Source: a bacterium
GTDB lineage: Bacteria > Patescibacteriota > Patescibacteriia > UBA10025
NCBI GenBank assembly: GCA_021815445.1
Contig: JAKAGM010000002.1
Location: forward strand, 31,373-95,372
DNA length: 64,000 bases
Direction: 5' to 3'
The notes below the pieces were generated by a model. The model had not been told where the DNA came from and made no database searches. It saw only the letters and a list, made by a program, of their open reading frames with translations. This document shows positions 9,903 to 19,781 of the stretch, in pieces (position 1 is the first letter of the stretch; each line of letters starts with the position of its first letter). Position numbers and translations under genes: made by a program.

Positions 9903-11456
9903 ATGATTTTTTCTCCGGCGGACAAAAAGTTTTTGACAGTTGTTACTGCAATTATTGTCATTATTGCGGCGATACCTTTTATCTACGCAGTGATGTCGAC
10001 ACCCAACGGCATGGCCTATAGCGGGAGGCATGCGCAAAACAGCGGAGATTACGCGGTGTATTTCTCCCAGATGGAGCAGGCTCGGCAGGGGCATATGCTA
10101 TTTTTAAATTTGTTTACCAGCGAGAGCCATGCGCGTACCATCTTTGATCCCGTCTGGCTCGTACTTGGTTGGATATCGCGGGTTACCGGATTATCTATTC
10201 CTCTCACCTTTCATGTAGCCCGGCTCATAGCAATCCCGCTATTTATATCGGTCGCCGCGCGCTTTGTGTGGACTATGCTTGATGATGCCCGTGAGCGGCG
10301 AGTCGCATTGCTCATGATCAGTTTCGGGGGCGGTATCACCGGCTATGCGAAGACGACCGATGCTTCAGCGTTTCATGCCATGCAGTTTTCCCCCCATGTG
10401 GTGCTCTCCCTCACTTTTTTGCTGGCAATATTTCTACTTATGTATCGCAGCTTTCATCTGCACATTATCCGATATGCGGTATACGCGGGATTCCTCGGGC
10501 TTGTATTATTTTTTTTCCACCCGTATCACATTTCGACAACCTATGGAATACTCGGTGCATACGCCATGGTAATGATCTTCCTTCGGAGATCACCAGCGTG
10601 GAGTATCATCAGCTCCTTCGCTGTCTATGTCGCCCTCTCAGTTCCGGCTGTCCTGTATTATTGGTTGTTCTTTAAACTTTCTCCTATCGGCAGCGGATGG
10701 TTGGCACAAAGCGATTCACTTATGCACGCAAGACCCCCGTGGGAAATTCTTTGGTCATTTGCCCCATTAGTTCTACTTGCGTTGATCGGGTACAAAGTCC
10801 TTTTAAACGAGCGACGTGAACAGGCGATATTCATGGTAACCTGGATCGTCATCGCTCTTACACTGATGTGGACTCCATGGTTTTTTCGCATGCGCACGAT
10901 TGGTGGAATGACCATTCCTCTGAGTATAGCGTCTGCGGCGGGTATCGTGTGGCTTCTGCGAATTGTGGCGCTCAGGAAGTCCGCTATGGCGTGGTCCATG
11001 GTGTTGATTATCGCCATTATCGGTACCACTATGCCCGTGCACGGTATGACGTTTATTCACAACATAGCTGTTTACGCTCAGCAGGTCGATTATGCGTATA
11101 TCTCCGATGAACTTGTCGATGTGATACGGGTATACAGACAGCAGGCGACTGATACCGACGTACTTCTCGCTTCTCCGTATACGAGCAATATTATTCCGGC
11201 ATTAACGGGTCGAAAAGTGTATATAGGCCACGGCATTCAAACCCTTTCTTCACATCAAAAAGTGAAGGACATTAACGCATTTTTCTCCCGGGCGGCGAAT
11301 GATGATCCTACATATACAGAACTTCGTTCATTGGGGATTACTTTTCTTCTGATTACCCCAAAGGAGCAGGAACTCGGGATGCTGCCACTCGATAATGCGC
11401 CGTTTCTGCAGATAGCTGCGCGAGAAGGGCCTTATTCTCTTTATCGTGTGCGCTGA
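9903..11456 (+). CDS. Multi-TM GT-C-like membrane protein (tandem paralog)
   Basis: GDYAVY, NLFTSE, IPALTGRKVYIGHG.QT shared with 8211..9869. Confidence 0.7.
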   Translation: MIFSPADKKFLTVVTAIIVIIAAIPFIYAVMSTPNGMAYSGRHAQNSGDYAVYFSQMEQARQGHMLFLNLFTSESHARTIFDPVWLVLGWISRVTGLSIPLTFHVARLIAIPLFISVAARFVWTMLDDARERRVALLMISFGGGITGYAKTTDASAFHAMQFSPHVVLSLTFLLAIFLLMYRSFHLHIIRYAVYAGFLGLVLFFFHPYHISTTYGILGAYAMVMIFLRRSPAWSIISSFAVYVALSVPAVLYYWLFFKLSPIGSGWLAQSDSLMHARPPWEILWSFAPLVLLALIGYKVLLNERREQAIFMVTWIVIALTLMWTPWFFRMRTIGGMTIPLSIASAAGIVWLLRIVALRKSAMAWSMVLIIAIIGTTMPVHGMTFIHNIAVYAQQVDYAYISDELVDVIRVYRQQATDTDVLLASPYTSNIIPALTGRKVYIGHGIQTLSSHQKVKDINAFFSRAANDDPTYTELRSLGITFLLITPKEQELGMLPLDNAPFLQIAAREGPYSLYRVR

Positions 11457-11691
11457 TTGCCAGCGGACGGTTACGAAACTGTCAGCACCCCTCATTTTTT
11501 ATTGCTTCGTTCCGTAAGAAGTCAAATGCTCCCATTATTATGTACTGCGGGCTTCTTGTCCACCTTGTGTCACCCCGGTGAACCCATATCTCAAACCACC
11601 GGGAATGTTTTTTGCGAACATATCCCCTGTGCGCAGCTATAGTTACTACTCCCATGATATATGGTGCATGCCCGTGGAGTCCTCTTCCGGA

Positions 11692-13632
11692 TTAAAAGAG
11701 TCTCGCAGCATCCCCTGCCGGTTTTTCTTTATCGATATGCATGCTTGCCGAGCGTAATCCGTCGAGTGTCATGTAGCCCGTGACGTCAACAAGCTGGATG
11801 TCGGCATGTTCAATATTCGCTCCCGCGGGCTTCGCAAACCAGTAGTTCATCTGCACATTCTGTCCTGGCATCCACGTTGATGCCGGGTACAACCCGTAGG
11901 CGAGCGGATAGAGCTTGTTATTCACGACGTTCCCATGGTCATCAGTAAGCCTGATAAGCATCTGGTAATTTTTTTGTATCTGTCCCGTGGCTTGCATCAC
12001 CAGAGTAATGCCGAGCTCATCACTTCCCTGGGGCAGAGATTGCCAGCCAAGGAGTTTCGCGTTCGGCCCGAGCTCTTGAGGTGCTCCCTGCAGGTCGGTG
12101 GGTGGAACGCTTATTATGCGCACGAGCGGATTCACCTCTGTCGTTCGGCGGGTATAAAGAACTACTGTATCAAATATCTGGGTCGGCACGAATCCCCGGT
12201 CCAAAAGCTCACGGATATGCTCCGGTCCGGATGTTTTAGCTCGAGCATATGGCGCTATGGAGAACGATTGGAGGTGATAGATGAGAAAATCGTTGTAATC
12301 AACCAGTACTGTGTCTGCATCCTGAGGGATAGTATACGGGGCCAGAGAATATTGCCGTGTTCCTTCGAATGCATAGTGGAGCGAATACACCTTGTCCCGT
12401 CCGGAAAGGTCAGTAAGGGGCGCAAAACTCGCGACCACCGATGCATCAGACGGTACAGCCGCAATCGCCTGTGCCAGCGCATGCTGGTTTTGGTCACGCG
12501 TGGTGGATGTTGAAATCAGCGGAAGGAGGGGTCCGAACGTGAGGGCGCCATAGATGGTCGCTGTCGTCATGAGTATGAGACTGAGATTGAGCATATGCGG
12601 CACTTGTCTGAATATTTTCGGCGGCTTTTCCTTCAATTTCTGCAGACCCATGATGGTGGCCATGAATATAAAGGGTATAAGGAGGGCGCTGTAATGAGTT
12701 TTTAGCACGAGCTCTGTAAAGCCGGTAAGGAAAAGCTGCAAGAAAATCAGAAGCGATGGAATCAATAGACGGGGCCTTAACAACGGCAGACCAACAAAAG
12801 GCAGGAGCAATGCAATAGCCATGACAATCGTGTTAAATGACATGAGTTTGTTGAATAGCGAAGGGATGCTGGAGAGCAAAGAAACTAAAGATGAATGTGC
12901 GCTTGCCTGCAGTGTCGGGTAGTATGCAAAATATTTGTACGCGCCGTCAGGGTTCATGTGAGAAATGAACGCAAGCGACCCGGCAAACCATGCAGTGCCG
13001 AGAAGCAAAGGAATTATCACCCACTTCTTTGTTCGACGATCGCACAGGGCGAGCACGCCGAACATGAATACCACGAGTGCGACGTCTTCGCGTACAAGAA
13101 AGCTTATTATGAGAAAGATGAGGAATGGGGTGAACTTGTTTTCGAGATACATCGCGACTGCCCAGGCGAGAAATAGTATCCCGAACGGCAGAATATGAAA
13201 TTCAAATGCGTTGGTATTTTGAACAAACGGGTTTGCTAAATATAACAACGCAATGCCAGCAGCGATCCCTGGCCCGAGCTTTGATTTGGCAATCCGGTAT
13301 ATCGGCCACGCAGCGAGCGCGATGCCGACAGTTTGCATCAGGAGAAGCGTGAAGGGCGTTTTGCTTATCATATAGAGCGGGAGCAGAAGAATGATCAACG
13401 GTTCAAAATGGTCTCCGAGGTAGCTCTGCGGATGTATAGTCATGCCGAAGAGATCACCGTGTGAGGAATGCCAGAACACCTGATTATAAATCGCCAGGTC
13501 AATAGCATTGTACTTATGGAGCGTAAGTTTCACAAAACCCAGGAAAGCGAATACCGCTATGTAGACAACCATGCCTCCTACGACAAATAGCGCACCTCTC
13601 CGTTCCATTATTTTTCTCAGCCAATATGCCAT
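11692..13632 (-). CDS. DUF2079-type GT-C membrane protein with C-terminal extracellular domain
   Basis: DLAIYNQ, LGDHFEP, FEFH, VRED, HYSA motifs; TACAAT 6 nt upstream of ATG. Confidence 0.8.
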   Translation of the reverse strand: MAYWLRKIMERRGALFVVGGMVVYIAVFAFLGFVKLTLHKYNAIDLAIYNQVFWHSSHGDLFGMTIHPQSYLGDHFEPLIILLLPLYMISKTPFTLLLMQTVGIALAAWPIYRIAKSKLGPGIAAGIALLYLANPFVQNTNAFEFHILPFGILFLAWAVAMYLENKFTPFLIFLIISFLVREDVALVVFMFGVLALCDRRTKKWVIIPLLLGTAWFAGSLAFISHMNPDGAYKYFAYYPTLQASAHSSLVSLLSSIPSLFNKLMSFNTIVMAIALLLPFVGLPLLRPRLLIPSLLIFLQLFLTGFTELVLKTHYSALLIPFIFMATIMGLQKLKEKPPKIFRQVPHMLNLSLILMTTATIYGALTFGPLLPLISTSTTRDQNQHALAQAIAAVPSDASVVASFAPLTDLSGRDKVYSLHYAFEGTRQYSLAPYTIPQDADTVLVDYNDFLIYHLQSFSIAPYARAKTSGPEHIRELLDRGFVPTQIFDTVVLYTRRTTEVNPLVRIISVPPTDLQGAPQELGPNAKLLGWQSLPQGSDELGITLVMQATGQIQKNYQMLIRLTDDHGNVVNNKLYPLAYGLYPASTWMPGQNVQMNYWFAKPAGANIEHADIQLVDVTGYMTLDGLRSASMHIDKEKPAGDAARLF

Positions 13633-13659
13633 GGCATTATTGTACAGAAAAAGCGCGCT

Positions 13660-13693
13660 AAAACAAACACCCTCTCCGTTGCCGGAGAGAGTG
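13660..13693 (-). terminator. Probable terminator of the pilin transcript
   Basis: Minus strand CTCTCCG-GCAA-CGGAGAG followed by GTGTTTGTTTT. Confidence 0.55.
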
Positions 13694-13725
13694 CCGTATA
13701 ACGTTGAAATCTAGGTGAAAAGTCA

Positions 13726-14085
13726 CTAGTTGGTGACGTTTGAGGTAGTCTGTACGACGAAGATGACGATTGCCCAAGCGAGCAGGACGACGATGAGGCC
13801 GATGACTGCCGCTGAAATAATCTTTTTCGCACTGGCTACTTTTTCTTCGTTTCCGCCGGCTGTCATCCACTGGAATCCACCGATGAGAATCATAATGACC
13901 GCAACGAGGCCGAGAAGGCCGAGCGCCCATTGGATAATCTTAATGACTGTGCTTTGGAGACCTGCAGTTCCGAGGCCAAACGTTGAACCAAAGTCCTCAT
14001 TGATGAGGGCGGTAGCTCCTGCGCTTAATGGCAGCAAAAAAATGCCGAGCGCGAGAGAAGCTGATAATATTTTTTTCATTTTCAT
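13726..14085 (-). CDS. Pilin, TrbC/VirB2-like (CPR type)
   Basis: Signal peptide, two TMs, GGFQWMTAGGNEEKV..AKKII..AVIGL; AAGGAGG SD before ATG 14085; TTGACA..TATATA promoter upstream. Confidence 0.88.
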   Translation of the reverse strand: MKMKKILSASLALGIFLLPLSAGATALINEDFGSTFGLGTAGLQSTVIKIIQWALGLLGLVAVIMILIGGFQWMTAGGNEEKVASAKKIISAAVIGLIVVLLAWAIVIFVVQTTSNVTN

Positions 14086-14211
14086 AATCTCACCTCCTTC
14101 CATCGAGTGAGTATAAGTAACCTCACTGAGTGTATATAAGCATTTTTCAATCTAAATGTCAAGTTTTCTGTGTAAATAAAGGGGTTTTTCAGTAAAACAG
14201 GGATCGAAAAA

Positions 14212-14559
14212 CTATGTACTGACCGAGTTCAGCGAGTCGAAAATAAACTTAAGTACAGTATAGCTCAAAGTGATTGCAACGACACCGATTGTCGCCCACA
14301 GGAGAGTGTCCCGGCCTTTCTTGACGAGGGTCGGATTGCCGCCCGACATCAAGAGTTCGAATCCCCCGAGGATAAACATAAAGAGGGCAAAAATGTCTAC
14401 CGCGCCAAGCACGAGACGCAGCGACCGCACGACAACGGTGATGAGATCCGCATTATTAAAATCTTTGCCCAGGGGATTCGGCAGTGTCACATCGGCTTGA
14501 GCGATAAGCGGGAAGAGGCAGAGTACCAGGAGAGAAAAGGCGAGTAAATGACGTTTCAT
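14212..14559 (-). CDS. Pilin, TrbC/VirB2-like
   Basis: Signal peptide, LPNPLG, GGFELLMSGGNP..VKKGRDTLLWATIG. Confidence 0.88.
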   Translation of the reverse strand: MKRHLLAFSLLVLCLFPLIAQADVTLPNPLGKDFNNADLITVVVRSLRLVLGAVDIFALFMFILGGFELLMSGGNPTLVKKGRDTLLWATIGVVAITLSYTVLKFIFDSLNSVST

Positions 14560-14608
14560 AGTTGCGGGGTAAAAGGATTATTTCGAAAGAAAAATATTTT
14601 TCTTGATA

Positions 14609-15529
14609 TTAAGGCTGGCACTGGGTAATTGAGGCGCACGAAGTTTGATCGCGGAGGTAATGGTCGCTTGCTACCGTACTGCATCCGCGAACCGGCTCAG
14701 GCGGGACACAATCATGCTTTGTCGTATCGTAAGGGACACAGCATCCCTGATCGAGATTCTGACACTGCTCATATTGCGAACACTCTGTCGCCTGGATCCA
14801 TGCCGTGGAGCAATCACTGCCGATACAATACGTTTTATCTGTCATGTACTTATCACATCCCGTTTTTGACTCGGCGTCAAGGCACCCCTGGAGAGTGACG
14901 CAGCAACCCGTACCCGGTGTAGTTACGGGAGTGATCTGGCTCCCTGTGCCTCCTCCCCACCACGGTTTTGCGCTGTTGGTCCCGGGAAAAACATTTGAAC
15001 TCCCGGTGAGAATAAAGACGACAAAGTTTGCCCACATCCAGGCGAGGATGAGAATAATAATCACTCCCAGCACGACGCCAAGGATCATGCGCTTGCCTTG
15101 CTGTATTTTTTCCGGGTTGCCTCCCGACGTGATGAGGTTAAATCCTCCCCAGATGAAAAATAGCATCGCGACTATTGGGAGGGCTATGAGCGCCGAGGAG
15201 GACATATTCACGAATGTCTGGACGAAGTCGTCGGGTTGGCACGGGCGCACTTCCCTGCAGTACTTGTCGTATTTCTTGCATGTTTTACTGTCAGACGGAC
15301 AGTCTGATAAAAGCTGTTTTGAAGTCGAATCAATGACGTAGACAGGGGTCTGGTCGCAAAAAGGAAGGAAATAAAGCCGCGGGGGAGTTAATTCTTCTAT
15401 GGGCTGTTTCGAAACCTCTTTACATGTTGGATTAATTGCCGTGCTCGCCGCAAGCGACGGGTGCGCAAACACAAGTGATCCGGCAATCACCGCCATGAGC
15501 AGAAAAAATGTTACTGATCGCAGGCGCAT
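14609..15529 (-). CDS. Pilin-domain protein with Cys-rich extensions
   Basis: GGFNLITSGGNPEKIQQGKRMI core flanked by Cys-rich domains (two GCCV repeats). Confidence 0.82.
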   Translation of the reverse strand: MRLRSVTFFLLMAVIAGSLVFAHPSLAASTAINPTCKEVSKQPIEELTPPRLYFLPFCDQTPVYVIDSTSKQLLSDCPSDSKTCKKYDKYCREVRPCQPDDFVQTFVNMSSSALIALPIVAMLFFIWGGFNLITSGGNPEKIQQGKRMILGVVLGVIIILILAWMWANFVVFILTGSSNVFPGTNSAKPWWGGGTGSQITPVTTPGTGCCVTLQGCLDAESKTGCDKYMTDKTYCIGSDCSTAWIQATECSQYEQCQNLDQGCCVPYDTTKHDCVPPEPVRGCSTVASDHYLRDQTSCASITQCQP

Positions 15530-15533
15530 AATT

Positions 15534-16907
15534 TTAATAACTTTGTTCTATCTCCTTGGACGCGAAGGTAATCGCGTCAGGAAGTGTCTGCGTCCCTGTC
15601 GTCACTGCGCGCACCATATTAGCAAAAGCTGTTTCTGCCGCGCCGGGATCCCTGCCATGGTACCAGCTTTTTGCATTGACAGCCTCCTGAGCAAAAGTGG
15701 AAATCAGCGGATCAGCGTCCTGGATATCCACATTGACCAGCGAGGTCAGCGCCGCCGTCTTTCCCGACGTCACGAGGTATTTAACCACGACATCGGGACG
15801 GGAAAGGTATTGGATAAAGTCCCAGGCTTCATTCGCATGCGTCGATCGTTTCGCCACTGATTGCACCCAGTAATTTGCATAATAAACGGGTCGCGCGGGA
15901 TCAACTTGGGGCATCGGGCCCACAGACCAATTGAGCTTCGACGCCTGGTTTTTTATGATATCCCTTTGGTATTCGTACCCGAAGAAAAATGCGGTTTTAC
16001 CCGCAATAAATGCTTCGAGAGCATCAGGCATCTGGCTATCCCATGAATGCACCTGTTTCGTAGGGAGCGCGAAATCGGTGTAGAACCTCAGCGCTTCCAG
16101 GCCTGGCTGTGAGGTAGCATTGTCTGCCGCACTGTTGGCGAATGCCATTTTGCCTTTGGCATCCACCATTGTCGCCCCATTTTGCATCATCAGCGCTGAA
16201 ACAATATCAAAAACGCGCGGAATATTGTTACCAGTGCCAAGCGCCGCGCCTGACTGGACTATTTTTCCCGTCGAATCCAGGATGGTCAGCTTGGGCACGA
16301 TATCGATGAATTCGTTCCATGTGCTCGGCGGCTGGGTAATCAATGCGTAGTTCAAAAGGTCTTTGTTATAAAATAACGTGAGTGTATCCATGCTCTGCGG
16401 CAGTCCCCATATCTTGCTTTGGAGGATGACATCTTGGGGGACTACGCTGACAAAACGATTGCGGACCTCATTCAAAGTAATCGACGGGGCGGCCTTGTAG
16501 GAAATTGTCAGCTCTTGTTTGATGCCAAGCGGCCGAGAAATCTGGTACCAGGCCATTCGGGTCGATGCGGGCATCGGCGTGAGGAATTCATTTGCCTGGA
16601 ATTTTCCTATCCATGAATTCGGCAGCGCAAAAATATCAGGTCCGGCTCCCCGCGCCCACGCCTGGATGAGTGAATTTTCATATTCCTCCATTCTAAATTT
16701 TTTATAGGTAATGGTGACGTACGGATGCAATTGTTTATACGCGCTGATAACTCCCGCATATGACGATTCGTCGTCAAAGACTCCCCACCATTCCAAGCTT
16801 ACTGCCGGGGGCGCCTGCGTTTTATTTCCGCCTATCATGAACAGAACGACGGCAATGATCGCCACGACTACCGCTCCCCCGATAATAATTAACGTTCCGC
16901 GCTTCAT
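15534..16907 (-). CDS. Extracellular solute-binding protein (family 1, sugar-type)
   Basis: N-terminal TM anchor, GPDIF, LFYNKDL, PPSTWNEF, AWDFIQYL. Confidence 0.88.
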   Translation of the reverse strand: MKRGTLIIIGGAVVVAIIAVVLFMIGGNKTQAPPAVSLEWWGVFDDESSYAGVISAYKQLHPYVTITYKKFRMEEYENSLIQAWARGAGPDIFALPNSWIGKFQANEFLTPMPASTRMAWYQISRPLGIKQELTISYKAAPSITLNEVRNRFVSVVPQDVILQSKIWGLPQSMDTLTLFYNKDLLNYALITQPPSTWNEFIDIVPKLTILDSTGKIVQSGAALGTGNNIPRVFDIVSALMMQNGATMVDAKGKMAFANSAADNATSQPGLEALRFYTDFALPTKQVHSWDSQMPDALEAFIAGKTAFFFGYEYQRDIIKNQASKLNWSVGPMPQVDPARPVYYANYWVQSVAKRSTHANEAWDFIQYLSRPDVVVKYLVTSGKTAALTSLVNVDIQDADPLISTFAQEAVNAKSWYHGRDPGAAETAFANMVRAVTTGTQTLPDAITFASKEIEQSY

Positions 16908-17788
16908 AGACTCTGAGTAAGCTTCTTAAGATATTTGCGAAGATCAGTCCCGAGTTCCTGGCGCCTCAACGCAAATTCAATGTTAGCCTTCAGGTACTCA
17001 AGCTTATTTCCCGTGTCGTAGTAACGCGCGTTTTTTATCTCGACAGCGTTCACCGGCTCCTGCGCGATGAGCATATTTATGGCGTCCACGAGCCAGATCT
17101 CGCCGTCCCGTCCGGGCCTCGTCTGTGCCAGGCATGAAAAAATAGACGGAGTGAAGATATACCCGCCGTGCGCGGCGAGATTGGACGGTGCGTCCTCTGG
17201 TTTGGGCTTTTCAACGATTTTATTCAGGCGCCAGATATTTTTTTTCACATGTTCTCCGTCTGCAATGCCGTATTTTGAAAGTTCCCGGCGGTTCTTTATC
17301 GTAATGGCGCTGACGACGGATCCGCCTATTTCCTCGTACACTTCCATCATCTGCTGGAGTCGCGGAGGTTCGGAGGCAATAAACTCATCCCCCCAGAGCA
17401 CTGCAAAGGGCTCGTCGCCCACGACATGCCGGGCGCAAAGAACCGGCGTCCCATTGCCATAGGGGCCTTTTTGGCGGACATAAATAAAATTTGCCATTTC
17501 AGCAATTTTTCGGACTTCCTCGAGCTCTTTCATTTTCCCCGCCTTTTCGAGACGTTTTTCAAGTTCAAAAGGATAGTCGAAATGGTCCTCGATAGATTTC
17601 TTTTGCCATCCCGTCACGATGATAATGTCCTCGATGCCCGAGCGCACCGCTTCCTCAACGACATACTGTATGATGGGCTTGTCGACAATCGGCAACATCT
17701 CTTTCGGTTGGGCTTTTGTCGCAGGCAAAAAACGCGTGCCATAACCAGCCGCGGGGATGACTACTTTTCGAATTTTCTTTTTCCCCAT
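16904..17788 (-). CDS. galU: UTP-glucose-1-phosphate uridylyltransferase
   Basis: VIPAAGYGTRFLPATKAQPKEMLPIVDKP, VEKP. Confidence 0.95.
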   Translation of the reverse strand: MGKKKIRKVVIPAAGYGTRFLPATKAQPKEMLPIVDKPIIQYVVEEAVRSGIEDIIIVTGWQKKSIEDHFDYPFELEKRLEKAGKMKELEEVRKIAEMANFIYVRQKGPYGNGTPVLCARHVVGDEPFAVLWGDEFIASEPPRLQQMMEVYEEIGGSVVSAITIKNRRELSKYGIADGEHVKKNIWRLNKIVEKPKPEDAPSNLAAHGGYIFTPSIFSCLAQTRPGRDGEIWLVDAINMLIAQEPVNAVEIKNARYYDTGNKLEYLKANIEFALRRQELGTDLRKYLKKLTQSL

Positions 17789-17868
17789 ATATGTTGGTAT
17801 AAAGGTATGTGCACTCTAACACAAAATAGGGGAAAAGTAAAGGAAAATCCGTCTTTTACCTAGCCGTC

Positions 17869-17983
17869 TTGACGCATAGAATGTAACTATTGTACATTAG
17901 TACATCAGGTTAACTGAGGGGGAATGACCTTTGACAACTAACTGTAGAGTTTGTAGCAAACCGACCACCAACAGGAACGGAGG
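17869..17983 (+). promoter_or_regulatory. Promoter, boxA-like motif and SD of the POT transporter
   Basis: TTGACG(17869)-18 nt-TACATT; GACCTTTGACA at 17926-17936; GGAGG at 17979. Confidence 0.55.
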
Positions 17984-17989
17984 TACACA

Positions 17990-19297
17990 ATGTCTGCGGC
18001 AGTGAGCACCCCGCTAGACAGGCATCACCCAAAGGGATTTTGGTTCATCTTTTGGGGGGAACTGGCTGAACGCGCCAGCTTCTATGGCATGGCGTCAATT
18101 CTCGTGCTGTACATGACCGAAACTCTCAAATTCTCAGACGCGAACGCGGCAACCGTCAACCATCTTTTCCGTGCGGCTGCCTACATCCTCCCGCTTCTCG
18201 GGGGGTATGTCGCCGACCGGTGGTTAGGAAAATTCCGCACGATTGTCATCTTCGCCGCTCCCTACATCTTGGGGCACATCATCCTGGGGCAATTTTCGAC
18301 AGAGTCGGGTTTGATCCTGGGACTGATCCTCTTAGCCGGCGGCTCCGGCGCGATCAAACCGAACCTCAGTCCTTTGATGGGACAGATGTATGAACAACAG
18401 GGCAAGCAGCATCTCATGAGCCAAGCGTTTGCATGGTTTTACACAGCTATCAACATCGGTGCCGCCCTGACCATGCTTACGTTGCCGAATATTCGGAGTC
18501 ACTATGGGTATTCGGCTGCATTTATGGCGCCGACTGTTCTCATGGTCATCTCTCTGGCCATCTTCTATGCGGGCAAGAAGTACTATCCGAGGGAAACCGT
18601 CGGCATCGTAAGGGTAAAAACGCCTGCGCAACGCGAGGAACAGCGCGCTGTTCTGCGTCGGTTGGCTGGAGTGTTCCTTCTCATCGTCTTCTTTTGGTCA
18701 ATCTTTGACCAGTCATCCAGTACCTGGATACTCTTCGCCAAGAATTACCTGAACTTGGATACAATCTTTGGCAAGATCGATCCTGACGCGGTCCAGGGAC
18801 TCAATCCCATCCTCATCGTTGTCATGTCGCCCCTTTTTGCCATGTACTGGGCGAGGAAGGACCGCAAACTCGGGTATAAATACCCATCGACAAAGAAAAT
18901 GCAGATCGGCTACTGGTTAGTGGTCCTCTGCATGGGCGTGATGGCTGTCGCCGGCTACATCTCCACAGGCTACGATACCGCCGGCAAGCTTGTCAGCATC
19001 AACAAGATCACCGTCCTTTGGGAGGTCGGCGCCTATCTGCTGATTACCATGGCTGAGTTATGTCTTTCAATCGTGGGCCTGGAGTTCGCCTACACGCAGG
19101 CGCCGCAGCACATGAAGTCGTTCCTGACAGGTTGTTTCTTGTTTACCGTATTCCTCGGTAACTCACTGGCAGCCTGGCTCTCGCGCATCTACACGGAAAT
19201 GCATCCCGGCAATTATTTTCTCTTGATGACGGTGATGATGACGGTGGTGGCGATCGTGTTCATTTTTGTCAGTCGCCGTTTTGAACGTACGGCATGA
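17990..19297 (+). CDS. POT/PTR family proton-dependent oligopeptide transporter
   Basis: HPKG, ELAERASFYG (ExxERFxYY-like), GGYVADRWLG, FYTAINIG, AELCLS..GLEF. Confidence 0.93.
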   Translation: MSAAVSTPLDRHHPKGFWFIFWGELAERASFYGMASILVLYMTETLKFSDANAATVNHLFRAAAYILPLLGGYVADRWLGKFRTIVIFAAPYILGHIILGQFSTESGLILGLILLAGGSGAIKPNLSPLMGQMYEQQGKQHLMSQAFAWFYTAINIGAALTMLTLPNIRSHYGYSAAFMAPTVLMVISLAIFYAGKKYYPRETVGIVRVKTPAQREEQRAVLRRLAGVFLLIVFFWSIFDQSSSTWILFAKNYLNLDTIFGKIDPDAVQGLNPILIVVMSPLFAMYWARKDRKLGYKYPSTKKMQIGYWLVVLCMGVMAVAGYISTGYDTAGKLVSINKITVLWEVGAYLLITMAELCLSIVGLEFAYTQAPQHMKSFLTGCFLFTVFLGNSLAAWLSRIYTEMHPGNYFLLMTVMMTVVAIVFIFVSRRFERTA

Positions 19298-19332
19298 TTA
19301 CGGAGGCGGGGGGTTCTCTTCGAAAAGACTAT

Positions 19333-19360
19333 GGGCGGCTGTTTACAGTCGCTCTTTTTT
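19333..19360 (+). terminator. Rho-independent terminator
   Basis: GGGCGGCTGT-TT-ACAGTCGCTC then TTTTTT. Confidence 0.7.
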
Positions 19361-19393
19361 GTTTCTTAAAAATATTCTTTCTCACGTTATGTT

Positions 19394-19729
19394 CTAGGCC
19401 AGTTTCATCCCGTTCGGCACCGGCTTGTCAGGGCGTGCAAGGACCACGTCACCATTTTCTAACACAAAACCAGTCGTTAAAACTTCTGAGATGAAACCGG
19501 CAATATTCTTAGGAGGAAAGTTTGTCACGCAGATTACCTGTGTTCCGATAAGTTTCTCAAGCGGGTAGAGCGTAGTAATTTGCGCGCTAGACTGTTTCAC
19601 ACCGATTTCGCCAAGGTCAATCCATAGTTTATATGCCGGTTTTCGCGCTTCGGGAAAAAACTCGGCACGAACGATTGTTCCCGCACGTATACCTACTTTT
19701 TCGAATTCTTCCCAGGTGATAGTTGGCAT
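19394..19729 (-). CDS. csaA: tRNA-binding / secretion chaperone CsaA
   Basis: [37 protein letters not shown]. Confidence 0.93.
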   Translation of the reverse strand: MPTITWEEFEKVGIRAGTIVRAEFFPEARKPAYKLWIDLGEIGVKQSSAQITTLYPLEKLIGTQVICVTNFPPKNIAGFISEVLTTGFVLENGDVVLARPDKPVPNGMKLA

Positions 19730-19781
19730 AGAGGTTGTAATATACCGTTTATAAGTTGATTAGGCGCCTGCGTCGATCAGC

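Noticed and set aside
11457-11691. Small ORF or RNA between convergent GT-C genes
   Set aside because: Only one modest hairpin (CCCGGTG...CACCGGG) and an ORF without start signals; insufficient support.
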